DNA of 64,000 nt, from contig CAZBVQ010000001.1 of NCBI GenBank assembly GCA_964495685.1, positions 39,477 through 103,476 on the forward strand, given 5' to 3'. Source of the DNA: an uncultured Candidatus Saccharibacteria bacterium (GTDB taxonomy: Bacteria; Patescibacteriota; Minisyncoccia; Phycocordibacterales; PALSA-1337). The notes below the pieces were generated by a model. It worked only from the letters and a program-made list of their open reading frames with translations, ran no database searches and had not been told where the DNA came from. Shown in pieces: positions 38,423 to 46,651 of this stretch; the first letter of the stretch is position 1, and every line of letters starts with the position of its first letter. The translations under genes and the position numbers were made by a program.

Positions 38423-38730
38423 AAGAAAAGCCGCATCGTTGCGACCTCTAGAAAGGTGAAATCGCATTGATGCGGCACGAACTAGAGGAGCGACGAAGAG
38501 AAAGAGCTTGTGGGTCTAACTGACCCGTTCAGACCTTATCGGTCTGGTGCGTCCAAATGGTTCCTAAGTTAACGGTGTGCACTGTGATCTAAAAGATGAG
38601 TGCTTTCCCGAAGGAAGCGTAGTTGTGTTTGAGAACAAGTACACCGCCATATGACTTAGCAGCTAAAGGTCGCAGAAAAGTTCTTCGTACTCCTATGAGT
38701 GTGAAGCCTACCCTGCTTTTTGAAAGAACC
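38421..38730. ncRNA. Candidate ~300-nt structured non-coding RNA (unidentified)
   Basis: Dense nested helices and a potential pseudoknot, with no credible ORF (see findings). Confidence 0.45.
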
Positions 38731-38743
38731 AACTGTTTGTTTG

Positions 38744-38832
38744 GATCGCAGAAAAATAGTACCGAACCGCGAGCACTATCTCATATATCAAGATTGTGCA
38801 ATTATTTTTTTCCGTACTATTTTTCTGCGATC
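38744..38832. repeat. Perfect 19-bp inverted repeat
   Basis: GATCGCAGAAAAATAGTAC (38744-38762) / GTACTATTTTTCTGCGATC (38814-38832). Confidence 0.85.
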
Positions 38833-38904
38833 ACCTCGGACAACAAACTGAATCTGGAGTTATTATATGTCCTTTAAAAATGTCTGTAAAGGACATCGCT
38901 GTGG

Positions 38905-38991
38905 ATAACCCGCGAACGAAGTGAGCGGAGCAATACCCTCCAATGGGTATAACCCGCGAACGAAGTGAGCGGAGCAATACCCTGTATAGGT
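38905..38991. repeat. Tandem 44-bp-period repeat (2 units, 35 bp identical)
   Basis: ATAACCCGCGAACGAAGTGAGCGGAGCAATACCCT at 38905 and 38949. Confidence 0.9.
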
Positions 38992-39026
38992 ATAGCTAAA
39001 AGACATTTCAAAATCTCCTCGAGAAA

Positions 39027-40520
39027 TTACGAAACGTGATGTCTTTTTCGTATCTCGGTGAGATTTTTTTCTTCGGCCTCGTGTTTTTTCTCTTTGCCTT
39101 TTTCTGCGAGCGCTTTCAGTTCTTTTTCTGGTAGAGAAATTAATTCGAGAGTACGTTTCTCCAGATATTCAGAAGTGTTGAGCTTCGGATCCTCAAGGAC
39201 TTCTTCCATAAGCGCGTTCAATACAAGCCCGACCTTGGGTCCAGCGGGTACACTCGCGATATCCATGATCTTCTTACCATCAATATTGAGCATGGTCACG
39301 GAAACAGGATCACGAAGCGCTTCCTCAACCATTGATTTGTATTTACGAAGACGATAAGGGTCTGCCTTCGGCCTCCCTGTACCTATACGGTCACAGATGC
39401 GGACATTCATGAGGTCCCAAATGTTATCTTTGCCTACATTAACAATCATCCTCCTTACGGCTGACAGGGTTATCGTGCCTGTATCTGAGAAAAACATGTG
39501 CCAACGTACCAATTTGGTTACTTTGTCGATTGTTGCACGTGAAAACTTCAATCTCTCCAGTATCTTACGTGTTTCACGTGAACCAATTACCTCGTGACCA
39601 TAGAATGTCGGCTGCCCTGTTTCACGTGAAAGACGCTTAGTTTGGGGCTTGGAAATATCATGAAACAGTGCAGACAGCCTTATTTCTAGGCCCCATTTCT
39701 GGTCTGCGGCATGTTGCAGACTCCTCAGGAGGTGTTCCCAGACCGTGAAAGCGTGAGCCTGATTCTGGGCGACGTCTATTCCCTGCTCAAGTTCTGGTAT
39801 GAAATGTTGCAGTAGAGCCGTTTCATGGAGAAGTTCGATACCTTTCATAGGATCAGGTGACATTAGTATCTTCGAGAATTCGTCACGAATTCTTTCATGT
39901 GAAACATCCTTTATCGCCGAATTAAGAGTTTTGATAGCTCCCAGAGTCCCCTGCTCTATGGTGAAACCAAGTTCTACGGCAAAACGAACAGCGCGGATCA
40001 TACGTAGAGCATCTTCATTGAAGCGATCCTGAGGATTTCCAACTGTCCGTATAGTTTTGTCCTTTATATCGACAAAACCGCCGTAAAGGTCGATTATGTC
40101 CTTTATGGCCCCTTTCGAAAGGGACACGGCAATAGCGTTCACGGTGAAATCGCGACGCTTGAGATCGTCCTCTATCTTGCTGCTGAATTGAACTTTGTCC
40201 GGGTGGCGGCGATCGGAGTACCCTGTTTCGAGTCGGTACGGAGTCACCTCAACATTCCTGAGAGAAATGTCCTCGGTAGTCTCATCTATCACAACCACAG
40301 TGCCATATACATTTTCGTATACCGTCTTGGAAAATAGTTCCTGAATGTCTTCAGGGTGCGCATTGGTGGTCACGTCCCAATCCTTCGGAATGCGTCCGAG
40401 GAATAGATCCCTGACACAACCGCCTACCAAATACGCCTCAAAACCGCCCTTTTCTAGGGTTTCGACGATGCGGATTATTTCCGCCGGAATAGGACTACTT
40501 TTTACGGCTTTCGTGGTCAT
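39027..40520 (-). CDS. cca: CCA tRNA nucleotidyltransferase (class II, HD domain)
   Basis: VGGCVRD, DWDVTT, DLKRRDFTVNA, EDALRMIRAVRF, ERIRDE and LFHDISKP. Confidence 0.95.
   Translation of the reverse strand: MTTKAVKSSPIPAEIIRIVETLEKGGFEAYLVGGCVRDLFLGRIPKDWDVTTNAHPEDIQELFSKTVYENVYGTVVVIDETTEDISLRNVEVTPYRLETGYSDRRHPDKVQFSSKIEDDLKRRDFTVNAIAVSLSKGAIKDIIDLYGGFVDIKDKTIRTVGNPQDRFNEDALRMIRAVRFAVELGFTIEQGTLGAIKTLNSAIKDVSHERIRDEFSKILMSPDPMKGIELLHETALLQHFIPELEQGIDVAQNQAHAFTVWEHLLRSLQHAADQKWGLEIRLSALFHDISKPQTKRLSRETGQPTFYGHEVIGSRETRKILERLKFSRATIDKVTKLVRWHMFFSDTGTITLSAVRRMIVNVGKDNIWDLMNVRICDRIGTGRPKADPYRLRKYKSMVEEALRDPVSVTMLNIDGKKIMDIASVPAGPKVGLVLNALMEEVLEDPKLNTSEYLEKRTLELISLPEKELKALAEKGKEKKHEAEEKNLTEIRKRHHVS
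39531..39906. other. parS: Cluster of parS centromere-like sites inside cca
   Basis: Compared with TGTTTCACGTGAAACA: TGTTGCACGTGAAAAC 39531, TGTTTCACGTGAACCA 39570, TGTTTCACGTGAAAGA 39618, TCTTTCATGTGAAACA 39891. Confidence 0.85.
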
Positions 40521-40581
40521 TATGTGGCTTATTCTAGTACAATTTGGGCTTTTTTACTATCTGCGTTAGTATGTAACCAAT

Positions 40582-40656
40582 GCGCCCGTGGTGAAATGGA
40601 TATCATACCGGTCTTCGGAACCGTTGTTGGGGGTTCGAATCCCTCCGGGCGCACCA
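40582..40656 (+). tRNA. tRNA-Arg(UCG) with encoded CCA
   Basis: Acceptor GCGCCCG/CGGGCGC, anticodon loop CT-TCG-GA, T-loop GGTTCGAATCC. Confidence 0.93.
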
Positions 40657-40758
40657 CTTCGCGATTCTTCGAATCGCTTCGTAGTGCGGAGCACCAAACT
40701 TTTGCATTTTATTAAATTTGCGCTATACTTCTTTCACGTAATTGCGCCGAATTGGTGG

Positions 40759-40828
40759 GCTTGCCCGCCAAAACTCGGGGCGAAGCGTAGAGCGAAGGTC
40801 CTCCTTCGCCAGAGGTTACAGAGGGCAA
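40759..40828. repeat. Dispersed repeat between tRNA genes, related to 38364-38422
   Basis: GCTTGCCCGCC...CCTCCTTCGCCAGAGGTTACAGAGGGCAA. Confidence 0.45.
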
Positions 40829-40829
40829 C

Positions 40830-40900
40830 GCGGGTATAGTTTAGTGGTAGAATGCGTCCTTGCCAAGGACGAGATGGGAGTTCGATTCTCCCTACCCGCA
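40830..40900 (+). tRNA. tRNA-Gly(GCC), no encoded CCA
   Basis: GCGGGTA/TACCCGC, anticodon arm CGTCC-TTGCCAA-GGACG, T-loop GTTCGATTC. Confidence 0.95.
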
Positions 40901-41224
40901 CAGAAATTCCCCTTCATAAAAATAAATAGTCGCCGAATAGGCGTATTTGTGCTACGTGCACCTGAAATAACTGTCTTATTAACACTTTTCCCCTGTCTTT
41001 TTATCCAAAAACATAAAATATGGCTTAAAACCGTAGAGCTAACAGACAAACTGTGGATAAGTCTGTGAGTAACGGGCATAAAAGACACAAAAAATGGCTT
41101 ATTTTCGTAGAAATGGCCTAAAATCATGTTCTTTTGGGGTTACCGATCCGATAAAGCTATATTTGTAGCCATATATTAACGCACTGGTTTTAAAAGTCAG
41201 GACAAATATGTTGTCATAATTAAA

Positions 41225-41254
41225 TGTTTCACAAGAAACATTTCACGTGAAGCA
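41225..41254. other. parS: Two overlapping parS-like sites upstream of yraN
   Basis: TGTTTCACAAGAAACA 41225 and CATTTCACGTGAAGCA 41239. Confidence 0.7.
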
Positions 41255-41265
41255 TTCTATAAACC

Positions 41266-41643
41266 ATGAATACTAAGTACTTAGGTAATGTGGGAGAAGA
41301 TATCGCCTGCAAGTTTCTTGAGAGGCGCGGTTTTGTCGTAGTTGCCCGTAATTATCAACGTAAATGGGGTGAAATAGATATTATTGCTCGGGAAGGGCAG
41401 GTCTTTCACTTCTGTGAGGTCAAATCAATGAAGGCGTCGCACGCCTCTCGTGATAGGGGACATCGTCCGGAAGATAATGTTCACAGGCATAAGACACAGA
41501 GAATACGACGAATGATCGAAACGTATTTGTCTGATATCGGACAGGGGATAGACGCACCATTTGAGTTTCATGTGCTCTCAGTCTACATAAATATGCAGAC
41601 ACGCTGCTCGCAAGTGTACTGGCTTAGAAACATCATTATCTGA
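41266..41643 (+). CDS. yraN: YraN/UPF0102 endonuclease
   Basis: G..GED.A..FL, RNY....GEIDII and F.EVK. Confidence 0.93.
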   Translation: MNTKYLGNVGEDIACKFLERRGFVVVARNYQRKWGEIDIIAREGQVFHFCEVKSMKASHASRDRGHRPEDNVHRHKTQRIRRMIETYLSDIGQGIDAPFEFHVLSVYINMQTRCSQVYWLRNIII

Positions 41644-41692
41644 TAGGTGAGGTAGACCTTTCTGGTATACACGTGCTAGTATGAGCCAATCG

Positions 41693-41765
41693 CGGAGCGT
41701 GGTGTAACGGCTAACATGCCTGTTTTGGGAACAGGTGACTCCGGGTTCGAATCCCGGCGCTCCGA
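41693..41765 (+). tRNA. tRNA-Pro(UGG)
   Basis: CGGAGCG/CGCTCCG, anticodon arm CCTGT-TTTGGGA-ACAGG, T-loop GGTTCGAATCC. Confidence 0.95.
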
Positions 41766-41854
41766 CTGACATTATATAACCACTAGCAATGTGCTCGCAG
41801 GTAGCGAGTTTTGAGTCGCGGGCGAATCCCGACGGCATGCTATAATTTACCGCA

Positions 41855-42298
41855 ATGATAAAAAGAATTTTTGTATTTTTCGATAAACTTGAAGATCGTA
41901 TCCGAGGTCATTTGAGTCGTTTTCCTATTCTCTACACGATCATCGGCGGTATTGCCATTGTATTGTTTTGGCGTGGCGTGTGGCACACGGCAGACATATT
42001 GCAGGCGAAGGGAGGTTGGCTGGGATTTATTTTTTATGAGCCAGTGAATCTGCTTTTGGTTTTGGCTGTCTTGCTCGCTACTGGTCTGTTCGTTTCATAT
42101 TTTATTGGCGATACGATTCTTATTAGTGGTTTGCGTAAAGAGAAAAAAATACACGAAAAGACTGAACGTGAGATCAGGGATGAAGAGGCAACGCTCAACG
42201 ATATAAAGAAGGTCGTGAAGGAGCTCAAAAATGAAGTTGATGAAATCCGTGATACGGTCAAAGAAGATCACAAGATTCATCACGGAGAGGGGAAGTAA
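41855..42298 (+). CDS. Conserved membrane protein with coiled-coil tail
   Basis: FDKLED.IR..LS..P..Y..IGG..IVLFWRGVWHTAD and two TM helices. Confidence 0.85.
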   Translation: MIKRIFVFFDKLEDRIRGHLSRFPILYTIIGGIAIVLFWRGVWHTADILQAKGGWLGFIFYEPVNLLLVLAVLLATGLFVSYFIGDTILISGLRKEKKIHEKTEREIRDEEATLNDIKKVVKELKNEVDEIRDTVKEDHKIHHGEGK

Positions 42299-42341
42299 GT
42301 TTCTGGACATACTATAGTTGAACAGATATACTTTGTTCGAT

Positions 42342-43016
42342 ATGTATTCTAGGAATTATAAAAATAAAGCCATATCGCTTCGCGAACAGGGGTACTCTCT
42401 TGGATATATTGCCGAGAAGCTTGATGTTGCAAAAAGTACGCTAAGTGTATGGCTAAAGAGCGTTACATTTTTTCCGAATGAAATAACAAGGAACTCCGTA
42501 GCTCATGGTCAAAAACAGGCAGTTGCGACAAAACGTTCTGACAAAGCCATTTCTCTTGCCCGCGCGTATAAATACGCACAAGAATCAGTTGGCGTCTTGT
42601 CAAAAAGAGATAGGTTTCTCGTTGGAATTGGGATTTATATCGGGGAAGGTGGTAGGGCCTTTAATAGTACTAGAATAGCAAATTCTGATCCGCGTACCAT
42701 TGGGTTTTGCCTGTCGTGGCTCAAAGAATGTTTTGGTTTGATGAATAAAAATATTCGTATTAGAGTTCATATATACCCTGACAATAATGAGAAAAGAGTC
42801 TTAACATATTGGATGAAAGAACTTGGTTTGGGGAAGAAATCATTTTATCCCTGTTTTATTGATAGGAGAGTCGGTAAGAGATCGAAAAAAGTGAATGTAT
42901 TACCGTACGGGACTGCCCATATGAGTGTGGTCAGCAATGGTAACAAAGATTTTGGTGTCTTGTTACATCGTAAAATCCTTGCTACGATTGACCGTATTCT
43001 CACTATGCGGGGTTAG
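42342..43016 (+). CDS. HTH plus LAGLIDADG-like endonuclease-domain protein abutting tRNA-Gly
   Basis: AI.LR..GYS...IA..L.V.KSTLS.WL (HTH), then GIYIGEG, .ANSDP, YW and YG. Confidence 0.75.
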   Translation: MYSRNYKNKAISLREQGYSLGYIAEKLDVAKSTLSVWLKSVTFFPNEITRNSVAHGQKQAVATKRSDKAISLARAYKYAQESVGVLSKRDRFLVGIGIYIGEGGRAFNSTRIANSDPRTIGFCLSWLKECFGLMNKNIRIRVHIYPDNNEKRVLTYWMKELGLGKKSFYPCFIDRRVGKRSKKVNVLPYGTAHMSVVSNGNKDFGVLLHRKILATIDRILTMRG

Positions 43017-43077
43017 TTTAACGGTAAAATTTCTGTTTTCCAAACAGAAGTCGCGGGTTCGACTCCCGCACCCCGCA
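43007..43077 (+). tRNA. tRNA-Gly(UCC)
   Basis: GCGGGGT/ACCCCGC, anticodon arm TCTGT-TTTCCAA-ACAGA, T-loop GGTTCGACTCC. Confidence 0.95.
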
Positions 43078-43145
43078 CAACCAAGGCCGATGCGGATGGC
43101 TCAACAAGCGCGCTATTTCAGTCCGACACTCGGATCCGTCAAAAA

Positions 43146-43670
43146 ATGAAAAAAGAAGTATATAAAGATAGAAAATACGAGATCGTTTCATACGACCCTG
43201 AGTGGCCGAGACGATTTGAATTGTACGCTGACAAAGTCAGGAAAATCTTTGGTCCTGAAGTTCAAATAGAACACATTGGCAGCACTTCTGTGCCCGGCAT
43301 GTCTGGAAAACCATGTATTGATGTTCTCGTTGTGGTTGATATGAAAATCGTTGAGTCTCACACTCAAGAACTCTTAGCTGCTGGATTCGTTGATGCTGGT
43401 GAGTTTGTAATGAAAGGATCACACCTCTTTCGAGTTATGAATGGTCATGAGCCTATTGTTAACATTCATTTCTTTCCTCCTGGTCACTCGCATGTAGTTC
43501 AAATGATTGCAGTTAGGGACTTTCTTCGCTCGCATCCAGAGGAAGTCACTACGTACTCAAAAATTAAGGATGAATTATTCGTGAAATTTGCAGATGATTA
43601 TTCGGCTTATAGAGAAAATAAGGATAAGTATATGCATGAGCTTATTAAAAGGGCACTAGCTAAATCCTGA
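43146..43670 (+). CDS. grpB: GrpB-family nucleotidyltransferase-fold protein
   Basis: YDPEWP..F, IEHIGSTSVPG...KP.ID, RDFLR.HP and Y...K. Confidence 0.92.
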   Translation: MKKEVYKDRKYEIVSYDPEWPRRFELYADKVRKIFGPEVQIEHIGSTSVPGMSGKPCIDVLVVVDMKIVESHTQELLAAGFVDAGEFVMKGSHLFRVMNGHEPIVNIHFFPPGHSHVVQMIAVRDFLRSHPEEVTTYSKIKDELFVKFADDYSAYRENKDKYMHELIKRALAKS

Positions 43671-43674
43671 TATA

Positions 43675-43924
43675 AAAAGAAACACCCCGAAGCCGAAGCT
43701 AAGGGGTGGAGCACTTTAATAACGTCATTGCTCGGGACCTGTCTACTGACGCAATGGAACCATGTGGTTCCGCCAACCGGTGAACAATGCATCGGGTGGT
43801 ACCTATCCCGATGGGACTGGAGTCATCATTCCCTTTGGCCAATCCGTCCTTGGGGAACTATCGCTGTCAAACAGTTAGGGTGCCGCGAACCGCAATCCCC
43901 AACCAAATCAATGTACTTTATTAC
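43675..43924 (-). ncRNA. Candidate ~250-nt small RNA with its own promoter and terminator
   Basis: Minus-strand TTGACA-16-(TGc)TATACT at 43958-43931, terminator CACCCCTTAGC-TTCG-GCTTCGGGGTG-TTTCTTTTT, several internal hairpins and no credible ORF. Confidence 0.55.
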
Positions 43925-44030
43925 TATACAAGTATAGCATGCCCATAAAATTTGTCAAGCAAAATTTCATTTTGTCCAGTATTATATAAATAATATGGCT
44001 CTGTTAGGCCATAAATGATAAGAATTAATA

Positions 44031-45386
44031 TTAATTGGTAATCGTGGATTTTTCTGAACATACATTTTCTAGTAGATTCAGTTTTTTATCCTTTAGAATT
44101 AGCCTACTCTTGATACACGACAACACCTCTCGTTTCTCTGTGAGCGTCCCATGCTGAAGTATGTACTTCGCAAAGGTCTTTATGTTGATGTCGTGTTGGT
44201 TCTTGATCTGGGGCAACTTTTTTTTGAGCACTCCAGTTTGGAATAGGGCATAGCGTGCCACTTCTTTCTCGAGTTTTTGCCTCAGTTCACTTTTGTCGAG
44301 GCTCATGCTGTCTATTATCTTCAGTGTCTCATCGATCAGTATCTGTTCGCTCACTTGATCATTATTACAATCGAGGTTTCGCAATTTTGTACATCGATAG
44401 AATACGTACGCTTTTACGCTTCCGTCTTTCAGTTCTTTAACCTTTTCTTCAGCTGTCACACCGGATTTGCAATAACCGCATTCAAGCATCCGAGTAAAGG
44501 CGAATTCTCGACCGTAAGCCTTTTTCTTTTCACCTAGAATTTTATCTTGCACGATATCGAATAGATCCTTCGTAATAATTGGTTCATGCTTACCTTGATA
44601 CCATTCTCCGCTTCCTCTTGGGTATTCAAATACGCCGTAATAGAAAGGCATTCTCAAAAGCCGGTAGATATTTCCGAGAGCTAAAGCCTTTCCGGTTCTC
44701 GTTGTGAAGCCGGAATCTTTGAGCCATCTGTAAATTTGTCTGCCAGACTGATTTTCATTCGCCACTTTCTCAAACATCTTCTTAATAATTGGTGCTCGAA
44801 TCGGATCTACGATGACTTGGCACTTTTCGTCCTTGTTTTTACTGTTCAGATAGCCAGTTAAGGCTAAGGAAGGTTTCAATCCCATCGCAGCCCTGGCTCT
44901 CAAGCCACGTCTTACGTTGATTACCTTGTTGTCGTTCTCGAGTTTTGCCTGACTTCCTAGGATCATCAGCAAGAACTTCTCATTTGGATTGTTCGTGAAT
45001 TTTTGACCGCCATAGGTTCTGATTTCTTTGAGCAACCCTTGATCCATGAGATCAACTATTTTGCCTAAGTCACCAGCATTTCGACTTATTCGATCCGGTG
45101 CCCATGTCAGAATGCCATCGAATCTACTTTTCTTTATATCCTCGATTATTTCGTTGAAGACCGGACGTTGCCCAGCTTCTTTGGCTGAATGAGACTCGCG
45201 TTTTGTAATAACGATCTCAAGATTTTCGGTAACCGCCATTTTTTGCATTTCAACTATCTGGGAATCGATAGAGAGCACCTGCCGATCCTCCTGCTCGGTG
45301 CTTTTACGAGCATACAAGCAGTATCTAACCTTTACTGGGCTTGATGGTTTGGCCGGAAGCCCGACTGGCCTTTGGGTAGTTTCCAT
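44031..45386 (-). CDS. Large serine recombinase (resolvase, recombinase and Zn-ribbon domains)
   Basis: YARKSTE, SIDSQ, ESHSAK...RP.F, DRISRN, G.HEPII, and CxxC...YRC...C. Confidence 0.93.
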   Translation of the reverse strand: METTQRPVGLPAKPSSPVKVRYCLYARKSTEQEDRQVLSIDSQIVEMQKMAVTENLEIVITKRESHSAKEAGQRPVFNEIIEDIKKSRFDGILTWAPDRISRNAGDLGKIVDLMDQGLLKEIRTYGGQKFTNNPNEKFLLMILGSQAKLENDNKVINVRRGLRARAAMGLKPSLALTGYLNSKNKDEKCQVIVDPIRAPIIKKMFEKVANENQSGRQIYRWLKDSGFTTRTGKALALGNIYRLLRMPFYYGVFEYPRGSGEWYQGKHEPIITKDLFDIVQDKILGEKKKAYGREFAFTRMLECGYCKSGVTAEEKVKELKDGSVKAYVFYRCTKLRNLDCNNDQVSEQILIDETLKIIDSMSLDKSELRQKLEKEVARYALFQTGVLKKKLPQIKNQHDINIKTFAKYILQHGTLTEKREVLSCIKSRLILKDKKLNLLENVCSEKSTITN

Positions 45387-45535
45387 ACCTCAAGGAATGA
45401 CAGAACCCATCCGATGAGTCTAGGATCCGTCGGAGTTGATAAATTGTAGGTAACTCTCCTCGAGAATTATGCAGAAATGATGAAATATGCTTATACTTAT
45501 AGTATTAATCGTCAAAAATTAATCTTTTTAATAAC

Positions 45536-46648
45536 ATGAAGAAAACAATCTGGTGGATAGTCGGCATCGTTGTTGCAATCCTTATAATTATTGCCATTTC
45601 TCGTGGGTCATCGACTACAAGTTCAGGTCCCATTAAGATAGGTTTTATTGGACCTTTGACTGGCGATACTTCTTCGCTCGGCCAAGCTAGCAAGTCGGCT
45701 GTTGAGATTGCGATTGATGAGCTAAATCAATCAGGTGGGGTTAATGGTCGCCAGCTTCAGGTTATTTATGAAGACGGCAAATGTTTGGCAGCTTCTGGTT
45801 TAAGTGCAGGACAAAAACTCATCAGTTATGACAAGGTAACTGCTATTATTGGCGGGCTTTGCACTTCGGAGACAGCCTCTTTTGTAAAAATTGCTAGTGA
45901 TGCAAAAGTCCCTGTGATCTCATATTGTTCGTCTGCACCGTCTTTGAGCCAATCAGGTCCATATTTCTTTAGGACTTATCCTTCAGATTCATACCAAGGC
46001 AAATTTGCAGCAGAGTACGCATACAACACTCTTGGCGCGAGAAATGTTGCCGTTCTTTACCATATATCTGACTGGGGAACTGGCATCAAAGATGTGTTCA
46101 CAAAAAGATTCACCGAACTCGGTGGGAAAATTGTTGATGTGGAGGGAACCCTTCAGGAATCGCGTGACTATAAAACTCAGCTAACGAAAGTAAAGGCTGC
46201 CAATCCTGATTATATCTACATGCCAATGTATATTGAGGGTTCATTGATTGCAGTACAACAGGCGCAGGATCTTGGAATAAAGACAAAACTTCTCGGTACG
46301 GATACATGGAGTGATCCTAAGTTTGTTAGCGCAGTGAATAAAAATGCGGATATCTTATATGCTGGTTCCACGGGAAATTCTGATGAAGCGTTCCAAAATA
46401 AGTATATAGCCAAGACCGGTGAGAAACAGGTTCCTATATGTGCTCCTCAGGCTTATGATGCTGTGACGGCGTTAGCTTCTGCAATGAAAGAGGTTGGTAC
46501 CGATGCTACTAAGCTTCCTGATGCGATTCGCAGCCAGAATTTCCAAGGTGTAACAGGTCAAGTATCTTTTGATGCTAATGGAGACATCACTCATGTTGGT
46601 TATGTAGTGAAAAGAGTTAAGGATGGGCAAGTAATTCAGATACAGTAG
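45536..46648 (+). CDS. Branched-chain amino acid ABC substrate-binding protein (LivK/LivJ type) #1
   Basis: TM anchor, IKIGFIGPLTG, GGVNGR.L.VIYEDGKC, FFRT.PSD, AYDA and F.GVTG.V.FD.NGD. Confidence 0.93.
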   Translation: MKKTIWWIVGIVVAILIIIAISRGSSTTSSGPIKIGFIGPLTGDTSSLGQASKSAVEIAIDELNQSGGVNGRQLQVIYEDGKCLAASGLSAGQKLISYDKVTAIIGGLCTSETASFVKIASDAKVPVISYCSSAPSLSQSGPYFFRTYPSDSYQGKFAAEYAYNTLGARNVAVLYHISDWGTGIKDVFTKRFTELGGKIVDVEGTLQESRDYKTQLTKVKAANPDYIYMPMYIEGSLIAVQQAQDLGIKTKLLGTDTWSDPKFVSAVNKNADILYAGSTGNSDEAFQNKYIAKTGEKQVPICAPQAYDAVTALASAMKEVGTDATKLPDAIRSQNFQGVTGQVSFDANGDITHVGYVVKRVKDGQVIQIQ

Positions 46649-46651
46649 CAA

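Noticed and set aside
38421-38730. tmRNA, RNase P RNA or group II intron (GTGCG at 38547)
   Set aside because: No tRNA-like ends, no GAGGAAAGUCC motif and no recognisable domain V
38905-38991. CRISPR array
   Set aside because: Only two 35-bp units with a 9-nt gap and no cas genes
43607-43937. Short ORFs 43728-43937 (+) and 43607-43792 (-)
   Set aside because: Poor starts and atypical composition. One runs through the terminator and into grpB.
43133-45431. GGATCCGTC repeat flanking grpB and the recombinase as an att core
   Set aside because: Only a 9-bp match, so chance cannot be excluded
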